NCBI GenBank assembly: GCA_963845755.1
Contig: CAWJTV010000025.1
Location: 266,745 to 330,744 of the forward strand
Reading direction: 5' to 3'
Origin: an uncultured Planctomycetota bacterium
Lineage (GTDB): Bacteria; Planctomycetota; Planctomycetia; Isosphaerales; Isosphaeraceae
Length of the DNA stretch: 64,000 nucleotides
Shown here: piece by piece, positions 55,520-64,000 of the stretch
Numbering within the stretch: position 1 is the stretch's first letter
Layout: each line of letters begins with the position of its first letter
Notes under the pieces: model-generated
Told to the model about the DNA's origin: nothing
The model's database searches: none
Seen by the model: only the letters and a program-made list of their open reading frames with translations
Made by a program: the position numbers and the translations under genes

Positions 55520-55876
55520 TTGGCTGTGAAAGAATCGATTCGGAATAACAAATCCAAAATTCAAGATGGATGCAAGTCCTCGCAAAGCTGGGCTTTGCGT
55601 TCGTCGAATCTTGAATACTGAATGGTTTTCCCGATTCGTTCATAAGGTCGGAGAGGGTGCTCGTAGCGGTCCATCGCGGCGCCGAGGGCGACTGCCTGGT
55701 CCGGACGGTTCCCGGGTGGCGTGCCCATCGGCCGGCACGCGATGCGATGGCCCACGCCGTTGACAGGCTGGACGGCGATTCCGATGATGAAATGACACGC
55801 AGGGGACGACCGGAACGGTCGCGACCCGGATGCAGGTGCGCGAGCGGGATCCACGTCCCGCCGGAGCGGAGTCGTC

Positions 55877-56825
55877 ATGGGCATCTACGACCGCGAGTAT
55901 TATCGGGGAGAGTCCACGGGCTCCAACTGGTTCAACGGTGTCCCGCCGGTCTGCAAGGCCCTCCTTCTCATCAACGTCGTGGTGTTCGCGATCACCTGGT
56001 ACTCGGGCCTGGACTTCGACCGAACCGACTTCGCCGGCAAGTTCCTCGCCGCTTCGCCCGAATACACACTCCGGCATCTCCGACTCTGGGAACTCCTCAC
56101 GGCAACCTTCCTTCATGCCGGTCCCTGGCACCTGTTCGGGAACATGCTGTTCCTCTGGGTCGTCGGCCGCGAGATGGAGTCGATCTACGGCAGCAAGGAC
56201 TTCCTGGCCTTTTACCTCTGCGCGGCGGTGATCAGCACGCTCGGCTGGGTCCTCTTCGATGCCGCGTCAACCCGCGGCAATCCCCTCGAGTTCCACGACA
56301 TGGTCGGTGCCTCCGGCGCGGTCATGGGCGTCGTGACGCTCTTCACGCTGTTCTACCCCAAGCGCGAGATGGTATTCATCATCATCCCGATGCCCATGTG
56401 GGTGATCCTGATGATCTACTTGCTCTTCCCGTTGTTGCCCCGCGGCGGCATGGCATCCGAGGTTGCCGTGGAATCGCACCTGGCGGGGGCCGCGTTCGGC
56501 GTGATTTACTGGTACTTCGACCTGCGGTGGTCTCGCATCTTCTCCGCGCGGAACTTCCGGCCACGCCTTCGCATCTTTTCGCCGGTCGCCTACGATCAGG
56601 GCCGGCCGCGCGCTTCGAGTTCCTCCCGGACCTCGACCAGCGTCGGAGGCGGCGGGAAGTCGCCCTCGGTTTCCGTCCTGCCGGAGGAACAGCTCGACGC
56701 TCAGCTCGATGCAGTCCTCGCCAAGATCGCGCGGGAAGGACGCAGCGGACTGACCGAGGAGGAGCTCCGCGTCCTCCAGGAGGCCAGCCGACGCGCAGCG
56801 CATTCGCCGGAGCGACCGCCCGTGA
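55877..56825 (+). CDS. Rhomboid intramembrane serine protease with C-terminal helical tail
   Basis: HLFGNM, GASGAVMG (Ser), SHLAGAAFG (His), LDAVLAKIAREGRSGLT; probable true stop TGA at 56823-56825 if one extra base near 56799 is removed. Confidence 0.85.
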
Positions 56826-57337
56826 TCGACAACCTCACCCGGCTCCCCCGCATCCGACCCGCCGCGCCCACCGACCTGGTGACGATCGTCGAATTCAATC
56901 GCCTCCTGGCCCTCGAGACCGAGGCCAAGGTGCTCGACCCGGCGATCCTCGAATCCGGAGTTGCCTGCGCCCTGGCCGATCCCGATCGCCTGCGCTACTG
57001 GGTCGCCGAACTGGATGGCGAAACCCAGCCGGTCGGCCAGGCCGCCGTCACCCGCGAATGGAGCGACTGGCGCAAGGGATGGATCTGGTGGTTCCAGAGC
57101 GTCTACGTCGCCCATCCCTTCCGGGGACGAGGCGTCTTCCGCGCCCTGCATCGTCACATCCGGGATGAGGCCCGGTCCCTTCCCGACGTGATCGGCCTGC
57201 GACTCTATGTCGAGGATGCCAATCAGCCCGCCCAGAGTACCTACCAGGCCCTCGGCATGACGCCCGGCGGATACTCCGTCTACCAGGAACTCTGGATCCC
57301 GGGGCTGGGATCATCGGTCAGCGATGACGAGGCCTGA
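56822..57337 (+). CDS. GNAT family N-acetyltransferase
   Basis: EWSDWRKG.IWWFQSVYV...RGRGVFRAL, LRLYVE..N..AQ.TY..LGM. Confidence 0.85.
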   Translation: MIDNLTRLPRIRPAAPTDLVTIVEFNRLLALETEAKVLDPAILESGVACALADPDRLRYWVAELDGETQPVGQAAVTREWSDWRKGWIWWFQSVYVAHPFRGRGVFRALHRHIRDEARSLPDVIGLRLYVEDANQPAQSTYQALGMTPGGYSVYQELWIPGLGSSVSDDEA

Positions 57338-57433
57338 TGCGATCGGCCTTGGCTGGCTGGTATTACCGCAATCAGGACCGGGACCGTCCGGGAGCCGGAA
57401 GCGGTTCGCGTTCCGCTCCCATCGTCCCTCCGT

Positions 57434-58471
57434 TCAGGCGCCGACATCCTGACCAAGGACCATCGACCACCGGGCAAGCAGTCCGGCGGCGGCCCCCGAA
57501 TCGATCGCCACGGCGGCCCGGGAAACGCCCTCGCGCAACGAGATCATCCCGGCGACCCAGAGCGCGGCGGCACTGTTGGCCAGAACGTAGTCGCGGACCG
57601 GTCCCGGCTCGCCCGAGAATGTGCGGCGAATCCGCTCGGCGCTCTCATCAGGCCCGCAAACTCTCAACCCCTCGGCACGACAAGGCTCCAGTCCAAAATC
57701 GTCCGGGCGCCACGTTTCGAGCCGGACCTCCTCCGATTCGACGACCCGGACCGTGGTTGGACCGTCCAGGGTGACCTCGTCCAGTCCGTCGGACCCCGAC
57801 ACGACCGCGGCGCGGCGGACGTGCTCCAGCCGGGCCAGGACGGCGGCCAGGAGGTCCGCATGGGCCTCATTGGGTGTCCCTACGAGCTGGTACGCCGGAC
57901 CGGCGGGATTGCACAGCGGGCCGACCAGGTTAAACAGGGTGCGGAAGGGAAGCTGACGCCGGACCGCGGCTACGGACTTGAGCCCCGGGTGGAATCTCGG
58001 GGCGAAGAGGAAGGCGATATTGAGCTCCGTCACGCACCGCCTCAACACGTCGGGCCCGGGATCGGCCATTACGCCCAGGGCTGGGAGCACGTCGGAGCTA
58101 CCCGAATTGCCGGAAGCGGCCCGATTGCCGTGCTTGACCACCGGGACTCCGCACGCCGCCACGACGATCGCCGCCGCCGTCGAGAGGTTCACCGTGCCGG
58201 CCCCGTCGCCGCCTGTCCCGCACGTGTCGAGCAGACGTTCCGGAGCGATCTCGCATTTCCACGGGACCATCCGGCTTCGTACAGCCCGGACGGCCCCCTC
58301 CAGCTCATCGGCCGTCTCCCCTTTGATCCGCAAGGCTGTCAGGAATGCCGAGGCCACCGCTTCGGAGACCTCATCATCGAGGAGGGAGCCGACGGCGCGT
58401 TCGGCCTCGAGTGCGGACAGAGGTTGGCCGCGGGAAATCGCCCGAAGGCATGCGATCACGGCTTCCATCAC
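57434..58471 (-). CDS. trpD: Anthranilate phosphoribosyltransferase
   Basis: DTCGTGGDG..T.NLST, KHGNRAASG.SGS.D, FLFAP.FHP, RTLFNL.GPL.NP, DGLDE. Confidence 0.95.
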   Translation of the reverse strand: MMEAVIACLRAISRGQPLSALEAERAVGSLLDDEVSEAVASAFLTALRIKGETADELEGAVRAVRSRMVPWKCEIAPERLLDTCGTGGDGAGTVNLSTAAAIVVAACGVPVVKHGNRAASGNSGSSDVLPALGVMADPGPDVLRRCVTELNIAFLFAPRFHPGLKSVAAVRRQLPFRTLFNLVGPLCNPAGPAYQLVGTPNEAHADLLAAVLARLEHVRRAAVVSGSDGLDEVTLDGPTTVRVVESEEVRLETWRPDDFGLEPCRAEGLRVCGPDESAERIRRTFSGEPGPVRDYVLANSAAALWVAGMISLREGVSRAAVAIDSGAAAGLLARWSMVLGQDVGA

Positions 58472-60048
58472 GGTAACCGGACCGACTGGTGCTCGATCTT
58501 GCCCTTGACCAGGCGGTCGATGCTGATGACGCACTGCACATGATCGGCCCGCTGGTTCAGGATCCGCTTGGCCTGATCGGCCGACTGGATCGCCTGATTG
58601 TCAATCGCGGACACGACGTCGCGGGGCCGGACCGTCTTGGCGAGAGGGCTCTCCGGGTCCACCGTCAGGACCAAGGCCCCGCGCCAGCTCTCGGGCAGCT
58701 CCATTCCCCGTGCAAGCTGCGGCGTGAGCGTCGCCAGTTCCAGGCCGATGACGTAGCTGGACGTGGAGCCGGGCCGGTTGGGACGGCGGATCAAGCCCGA
58801 GGGATCTTTCTCGGCCTCGAGCCCACTCCCGGCCACCTGAGCGAACGTCTGATCGCGATCCGCCACGGTCACGTGGAACGTCAGCTCGCGCCGCTCGCGC
58901 CAGATGACCACCTCGGCCGACTGCCCCACCGGCGTCATGGAGACCGCGTTGATGAGGTGATTCAGGTTGACGATCGGGACGCCGGAGAATCGCAGCACGA
59001 CGTCGCCGTCGCGCAGTCCGGCTTTCGAAGCCGGCGACGAGGGGTTGACCTGGCGGATCCAGGCGCCCTGAGGTCGTTCCATGCCCAGAGAAATCGCATG
59101 TTCCGACCCGAATTCGGTCTGGAGGACCACTCCGAGCGCGCCGCGCGTCACGCGGCCCTTGTGCGCGATCAACTCGTTCATGATCCAGCGTCCCAGGTTG
59201 ATCGGGATGCTGAAGCCGACCCCTTCGTTACCGCCTCCATTGGAGGCGATCGAATTGTTGATGCCGATCACCTCGCCCTTCATGTTGACCAGCGGGCCGC
59301 CCGAGTTCCCGGGGTTGATCGCCGCGTCGGTCTGAAGGAAGTCCTGGTTCTTCACATCCTCGAGCTCTTCCATGTGCCGGCCGCGGGCGCTGATGATCCC
59401 CTGACTGACCGAGTGCATCAGCCCGAAGGGACTTCCCAACGCCATCACCCATGTCCCCACGGTCGCCTCGTCGCTGTTACCCATTCGCGCCGCCGGCAAG
59501 TCGTCCCGGTCGAGCTTCAGCACCGCGATGTCGGCCTCATCGTCGCTCCAGATGAGGACCGGCACGACGGAGCGTCCATCCCGAAGGAGGATCTTGACCT
59601 TCGAGGGCTTGGAATTCTCCACGACGTGATGGTTCGTCAGGATATAAAGACCCGGCGCGCGATCGCTTCGGACGATGACCCCCGAGCCGGTCTCCTCGAT
59701 TTGCCGCAACCGCCGCCCTTCCTCGCCGCCGCGGACGGTCTTCTGGGCCACGATGTGCACCACCGTGGGAGAGACCGCCTTGGCCACCATCTCGAAGGTG
59801 CGATTGATCGCCTGGAACTGATCGTATTGCTTGCTCAGGGCGTCGTAAATCTCATCATCCCGCCGCTTGGTTTCGGAAGGGCTGGTCGGCGCCGGTGCCG
59901 ACTTGGCGGACACCTGGGCGTCTATACGCGCCGGACTTGCCACCTGGGCGGAGATTGTTGGACCACCCCGAGCCAGGATGATTCCCAGCATGACGCCCGC
60001 GCTCAACGAAGTCAGCGACAGGATGATCGCAGAAGATCGCGACAGCAT
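58468..60048 (-). CDS. htrA: HtrA/DegP serine protease with two PDZ domains
   Basis: LTNHHVV, DIAVLK, FLQTDAAINPGNSGGPL; N-terminal anchor. Confidence 0.92.
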   Translation of the reverse strand: MLSRSSAIILSLTSLSAGVMLGIILARGGPTISAQVASPARIDAQVSAKSAPAPTSPSETKRRDDEIYDALSKQYDQFQAINRTFEMVAKAVSPTVVHIVAQKTVRGGEEGRRLRQIEETGSGVIVRSDRAPGLYILTNHHVVENSKPSKVKILLRDGRSVVPVLIWSDDEADIAVLKLDRDDLPAARMGNSDEATVGTWVMALGSPFGLMHSVSQGIISARGRHMEELEDVKNQDFLQTDAAINPGNSGGPLVNMKGEVIGINNSIASNGGGNEGVGFSIPINLGRWIMNELIAHKGRVTRGALGVVLQTEFGSEHAISLGMERPQGAWIRQVNPSSPASKAGLRDGDVVLRFSGVPIVNLNHLINAVSMTPVGQSAEVVIWRERRELTFHVTVADRDQTFAQVAGSGLEAEKDPSGLIRRPNRPGSTSSYVIGLELATLTPQLARGMELPESWRGALVLTVDPESPLAKTVRPRDVVSAIDNQAIQSADQAKRILNQRADHVQCVISIDRLVKGKIEHQSVRLP

Positions 60049-60313
60049 GAACGGAACTCCAGGCCAGGGAAGGCGTTCAGGCAACGGAGCATTGGCTGGC
60101 CCGCGAACGCCCCTTCGTTTTCAACCTTCGGCCTCCCGTTCCGTTACTATACTTCCCCCTCTGAGGCCAAGTCAAAGATCGTTCCGACGGAACGCGCGCG
60201 CGTTGAAGGTTCTTTCGAGACGATCCACCATTCATTCGTTCAAGCCCGGGAAGGACCAGGCAAGAGTCCCGGGGGATGAGCGACTCGCGTTATCCTGCCC
60301 GTGGCCTCTGGGG

Positions 60314-60377
60314 ACACTAACCCGAAGCGTGAGCGAGGGCGTCAAACCGTTGCCTCGTTTACACTTCGGGTTGGTAT
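60314..60377. repeat. Palindromic intergenic repeat (AACCCGAAGCGTGAGCGAGG...CCTCGTTTACACTTCGGGTT)
   Basis: Imperfect inverted repeat. Confidence 0.7.
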
Positions 60378-60466
60378 GGAATGTCTCATTTCTGGTTCAT
60401 CCGGATTTCGAGCGCGCCGACCGAGTCAGGAAGCCGCGAATTGGTGACCACGAAGCCGACACGAAT

Positions 60467-60592
60467 CGCCCCGAAGGGGCCCCGACAAACCAGCCCGGGG
60501 CAACGCCCCGGGACACGTCGCCCACCCCAATCCCTGCCCTGAAGGGGCAGACAAACCGGGCGCGGCCTGCACCTTGTCGCCATTCAGGGCAT
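60467..60592. repeat. REP-like composite repeat (GCCCCGAAGGGGC, CCCGGGGCAACGCCCCGGG, GCCCTGAAGGGGC)
   Basis: Nested palindromes similar to 14361-14500. Confidence 0.6.
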
Positions 60593-60604
60593 TCCGTTGG
60601 GGGC

Positions 60605-61459
60605 TCCGTTCCCGGGGCATTCGACTCAGCCAGTTTGGCCCAGACCCAACGCCACACCCGCCACGACCGGGGCAGGCACCCAGGCCGGCAGGCGGACCCA
60701 GGCCGCCACCGAAGGAGGTCGCCTGGCCGAAGGATCGCTCGATCGCGCCGCGCATCGCGTAGAGGCTCTTCCCGAAATCTCCCTGCAACAGCTCGATGCA
60801 GCGGAGGCGGTACGGGCTTTGGCGGCGGTGTCCCAGTCCGGCCTTGGGGTCCTCGCCGGGGCTACCAACTGGTAGCCCGCGGCGCCCGCCGCGTCGAAGA
60901 CCGGGTTGGCGTCGTACTCGCCATCGCCCAGCACGTAGCCACCGCCGCCGCAGTCGGCCAATTCCGGCAGCAACTGCTCGGCGGCCTTGGTCTCGGCGAC
61001 ATTCAGCGGTGTGATCGAACACACCTCGGGCATCGGACGGTTGCTCCAGACGGCGTGCAATTTGTAGCCCTTGGCGATCTTGCCGGCGCCGTGGCCATTG
61101 CGGGCATCCGGATCGTGACTGGCACCACCAACCGGCAAGGGCTTACCGTCGAGGATCTGTACCAACCGCGGGGGGACTACATCGCGGAGCCGCGTCGCCA
61201 AAGTCCGCATGAGGACGCCCACGGCCAAGCTCCGGAGTCGTCGGCTCAGAGTCGAGGGCGCGGGCAAACGACCCGGCTGGAGCGTCGTGGTCTTCCAGTG
61301 CCGAGGATCACAAGCCCAGCAGGCCGGTCGATCGTGAAGGGCGGCCCACAGGTGGACCAGGACCAAGATGTGGGGCTGGTAGGAGACGTTGACCTGGCGG
61401 ATCGAGCCACCCACCGCCATGACGAGGTGATACAGTTGCGGCCAGAGTTCCAGTTCCAT
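60605..61459 (-). mobile_element. DDE_Tnp_1 (IS4/IS5/IS982-like) transposase, frameshifted and apparently C-terminally truncated
   Basis: PAPSTLSRR, LDGKPLPVG, GYKLH, VLGDGEYD, R.AIERSFG spread over three frames. Confidence 0.75.
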
Positions 61460-61918
61460 AGTTGCCCTCCTCTGAGGATTGTCTCTACTTCCATACATAG
61501 ATACGATCCTGGGAGGGAAATTGTTCTGACATAAAGACTTGCGACCTAAATGGAATAAGTTGGTTGCCCCGGGTGGTTAGGTTGCGGCCCCTTCTATGAG
61601 AAACGGCGGGATGTCAAGCTCATGCGGTTGTGATGTGTCCGGAATGGGCCTCCTTCCCTCCAGGCGGTCTTTCTCTTCGTTTCCTCTTCTTGATACATGC
61701 GTGCTGTCACATCACTGCGGTGGCTTATTTCCCAGTAAAATGCCTCCTTCTCTCGAGGCCGTCTTTGTCTTCACCTCTCTGAGAGCTTAGCATAACACAC
61801 TGTGATATACTCATCCTTTTCTCAGCAACTCGTCTCCTTCCTTCTCGAAGCCGTCTTCGTCCTGGACTGATCCATGATAGAATCTCCTGTCCAGGCAAAC
61901 GGCGTCGGGATCCCGACC

Positions 61919-62039
61919 ATGGAACAACAACGTCCCCGCTGGCGAATCCGCATCAGCACCCTGATGCTTCTGGTCATCATCCTGGCCCTGGCTCTGGCCC
62001 TGGTCCTCGAGCGCGGCGCAAGGCGCACGAGATGATGAG
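61919..62039 (+). CDS. Small membrane protein of planctomycete type (probably frameshifted; may extend further)
   Basis: MEQQRPRWRIRISTLMLLVIILALALALVL. Confidence 0.45.
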
Positions 62040-62250
62040 GCTCGAAAAGGCCCAAGCGGACGCCCTGAGAGCTGAGGCCGATGGCCCGCCGGTTGGCTCA
62101 ACGCGCGATGGAGGCCCGGGCCAAGGCCGTGGAGCGGGAGGGTCTGGCTGACGCCGTCTTGAGGTCCTCGGCCATCTCGGAGGCCAGGAAGTCCCGAGAC
62201 GAATCGAGGGCTTCCACACGTACTCCTCCCGCCGGGGAAGCCGACCGTCC

Positions 62251-62412
62251 ATGATCGAGCGCGTCATCAGCGGCGGACAGACCGGAAGTGATCAGGGGGG
62301 ACTTCGAGCCGCCCGAGCGTGCGGCATCGCGACCGGCGGATGGGCGCCTCGGGGATGGCTGACCGAGGCCGGACCCGCCCTGCGGCTGTCGGCGTCTGAG
62401 GCCGCTCAATAG
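62251..62412 (+). pseudogene. Truncated SLOG-family putative molybdenum carrier protein
   Basis: MIERVISGGQTGSDQGGLRAARACGIATGGWAPRGWLTEAG, then a stop after 53 aa. Confidence 0.7.
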
Positions 62413-63191
62413 GCGGTATTGCGGAGTCCGTAGGCACGCACGAACAACGTCCTCCCTTGGACGATGCCGCGGACCCATCTTTGGTGGTTGTGATAGCGGG
62501 GGTCGCCCGGCTCGATGACCTCCAGGACGTTGACTTTTGTAAGAGTGCAAATTTTATATTCGAAATCGTGTCTGGCATGTTCATTTAAATCACGTTGATG
62601 CTCTTCCGGACTATGATTGTCGGCAAGACAAGGGGACGTATCCTCGACTGTCCTCATGTGAACAGGATTGCTGACAACACCAGTTAAACGAGTACAATAA
62701 AATCCGCATGTGCAGATCTGCTCAACTGACCTGGCAAGGCCGGTCTTGATTAGAACCCGGCCACCGGACTTGCTCATGAGGCGGCCCTGGATACTGAGAC
62801 CCAGATAATCACAAAGGAGGTCCCGATCGCACAAGTGGTTGGCGACCCAGTCCAGTTGACTGTCGGTGAGGCCCTGGCGTCGGGCAACCTGCCGAAAGCG
62901 CCGGTTGATTTCGGCGTGCGCAAGGTCCAGATCCCGCCTTCGGCGACCAAGACTATAACCGAAACGGACCTCCGGTCCCTCATCCCAGAGATCCAGGGCC
63001 GCGCGCCACGCAACATCCTTGGGTATCGAGGCGGGTATCTTCGGCAAAGATGCTCGGGGCCGAAGCTTCTGATCCTCGGGATTCGCGACGGACTCCGAAT
63101 GCTTTGGTTCCCCGGCAGGGGGATCTGAACCGCGCACCGAGTGCCGATTCTGGCACGGCAACAAAGCCAAGAGCATCATCACGTGATACAT
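62406..63191 (-). CDS. Hypothetical protein, lower GC than surroundings
   Basis: 261-aa ORF with hydrophobic N-terminus; no recognisable motif. Confidence 0.45.
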   Translation of the reverse strand: MYHVMMLLALLPCQNRHSVRGSDPPAGEPKHSESVANPEDQKLRPRASLPKIPASIPKDVAWRAALDLWDEGPEVRFGYSLGRRRRDLDLAHAEINRRFRQVARRQGLTDSQLDWVANHLCDRDLLCDYLGLSIQGRLMSKSGGRVLIKTGLARSVEQICTCGFYCTRLTGVVSNPVHMRTVEDTSPCLADNHSPEEHQRDLNEHARHDFEYKICTLTKVNVLEVIEPGDPRYHNHQRWVRGIVQGRTLFVRAYGLRNTAY

Positions 63192-63890
63192 GGCTAATTG
63201 TCACAATTGAATGTCAAGAAACTTGCCACATGCTGCCATGTCCGCTGATTCGACGTTGGCGATGTGCCACAGGATTCTAAACACGGTGCCGGAACTTCGA
63301 GCCTTTCTCATTCTTCCGGAAGACATACGAGAGTACCCAGCCTAGAGGCAGGGGGAGATCGGCGAGTTTGTTTATCGGGGCTCCCGGTTCCGTCGAGCCG
63401 TACCGCGAGTTTTGATCGCTCTCCCGAGAACCCTACCCGATGCACCGCTGTGAGGAACCTGGCGCGATGGAAGCATCGGGCTCGGACAGGCGTGAGAAGC
63501 CAACTCAGCAGCTTCATGGAGCACCTCGTTTCAGGCAAGAGTTAGGTGATGCCACGCTGCCAATCATTTATTCGATACCCGGGGCTGAGTATTCGAAACC
63601 TCGTCTCCAGATTCAGGCCGCGCTTCGAGCCGCGCTCCCAAGCCTCAAGCCGAGCGGAGAGGGCCCGATTCGCTGGCCGCAACTGGCACCGAGAGGACGA
63701 GTTTGCCGCACCGACAATCGTCCGATTCGACTGGCCGCGCGGCCCTCGATGCTGGGAATTCCAGCATGGAACGGCAACGCATAAGCGAAGACTTTGCCGA
63801 TTTCCTTGCCCGCGCAGGGGGTCGTATCGGGCCGGCACGCGCCGCCTTCTGACGTGATGACGAGTTCGGACACTCCGACGTTGACCAACG

Positions 63891-63915
63891 AAAAACCCCT
63901 TGTTTCCAAGGGGTT
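63891..63915 (-). terminator. Hairpin plus T-run downstream of the tRNA
   Basis: Minus strand AACCCCTTG-GAAA-CAAGGGGTTTTT. Confidence 0.55.
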
Positions 63916-63954
63916 AGACGCTTCGAGTCGGCTTGTGTCATCTGCTGTCGTCAG

Positions 63955-64000
63955 TACCGGGGTCCGGACTCGAACCGGAGACCTGCGGATTATGAGACCG
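63955..64000 (-). tRNA. tRNA with CAT anticodon (elongator Met or Ile2), 3' part only; CCA not encoded
   Basis: Minus strand CGGT-CTCATAA-TCCGC-AGGTC-TCCGG-TTCGAGT-CCGGA-CCCCGGT-A. Confidence 0.88.

Noticed and set aside
55877..57337. Apparent rhomboid-GNAT fusion (486 aa ORF)
   Set aside because: Removing one base near 56799 gives a natural rhomboid end (RRARIRRSDRP-stop) overlapping a GTG start for the GNAT; this fits the window's indel error pattern
61460..61575. Terminal inverted repeats for the DDE transposase
   Set aside because: A candidate left end is present but I found no matching right end; the element seems truncated, so its boundaries are not called

Overview
GC-rich bacterial chromosome segment that looks like a Planctomycete (Isosphaeraceae-like). 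This is inferred from gene content: a PVC-type heme CxxCH protein, DUF4058, DUF1573, extended ECF sigmas and an ECF/Ser-Thr kinase pair. About 20 genes have frame breaks, including lpxA, so most are probably sequencing or consensus errors rather than pseudogenes. Left to right the window holds: a Tat-exported TIM-barrel isomerase; an ECF sigma factor fused through a membrane anchor to a C-terminal cytochrome c'-like CxxCH domain, directly upstream of System II cytochrome c maturation genes (resB/ccsB-like, ccsA); an ECF plus Ser/Thr kinase-WD40-TPR pair; a lipid A and sugar-nucleotide cluster (phnP-like, UDPGP-type pyrophosphorylase, manC, skp, lpxC-fabZ fusion, lpxA, gnnA-like); a TPR-sulfotransferase; DUF4058 and two Uma2 paralogs bracketing an ECF-redoxin fusion; a PVC heme protein; nhaP; ypfJ; dksA; three STAS proteins; a two-gene MscK-like channel; rhomboid, GNAT, trpD and htrA; a truncated DDE transposase; and a degraded island next to a partial tRNA(CAT). 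Several REP/MITE-like families occur between genes. The best candidate for a new system is the heme-c-bearing transmembrane ECF sigma next to its possible maturation machinery. The second is a ~195 bp MITE whose core is inverted between its two copies.
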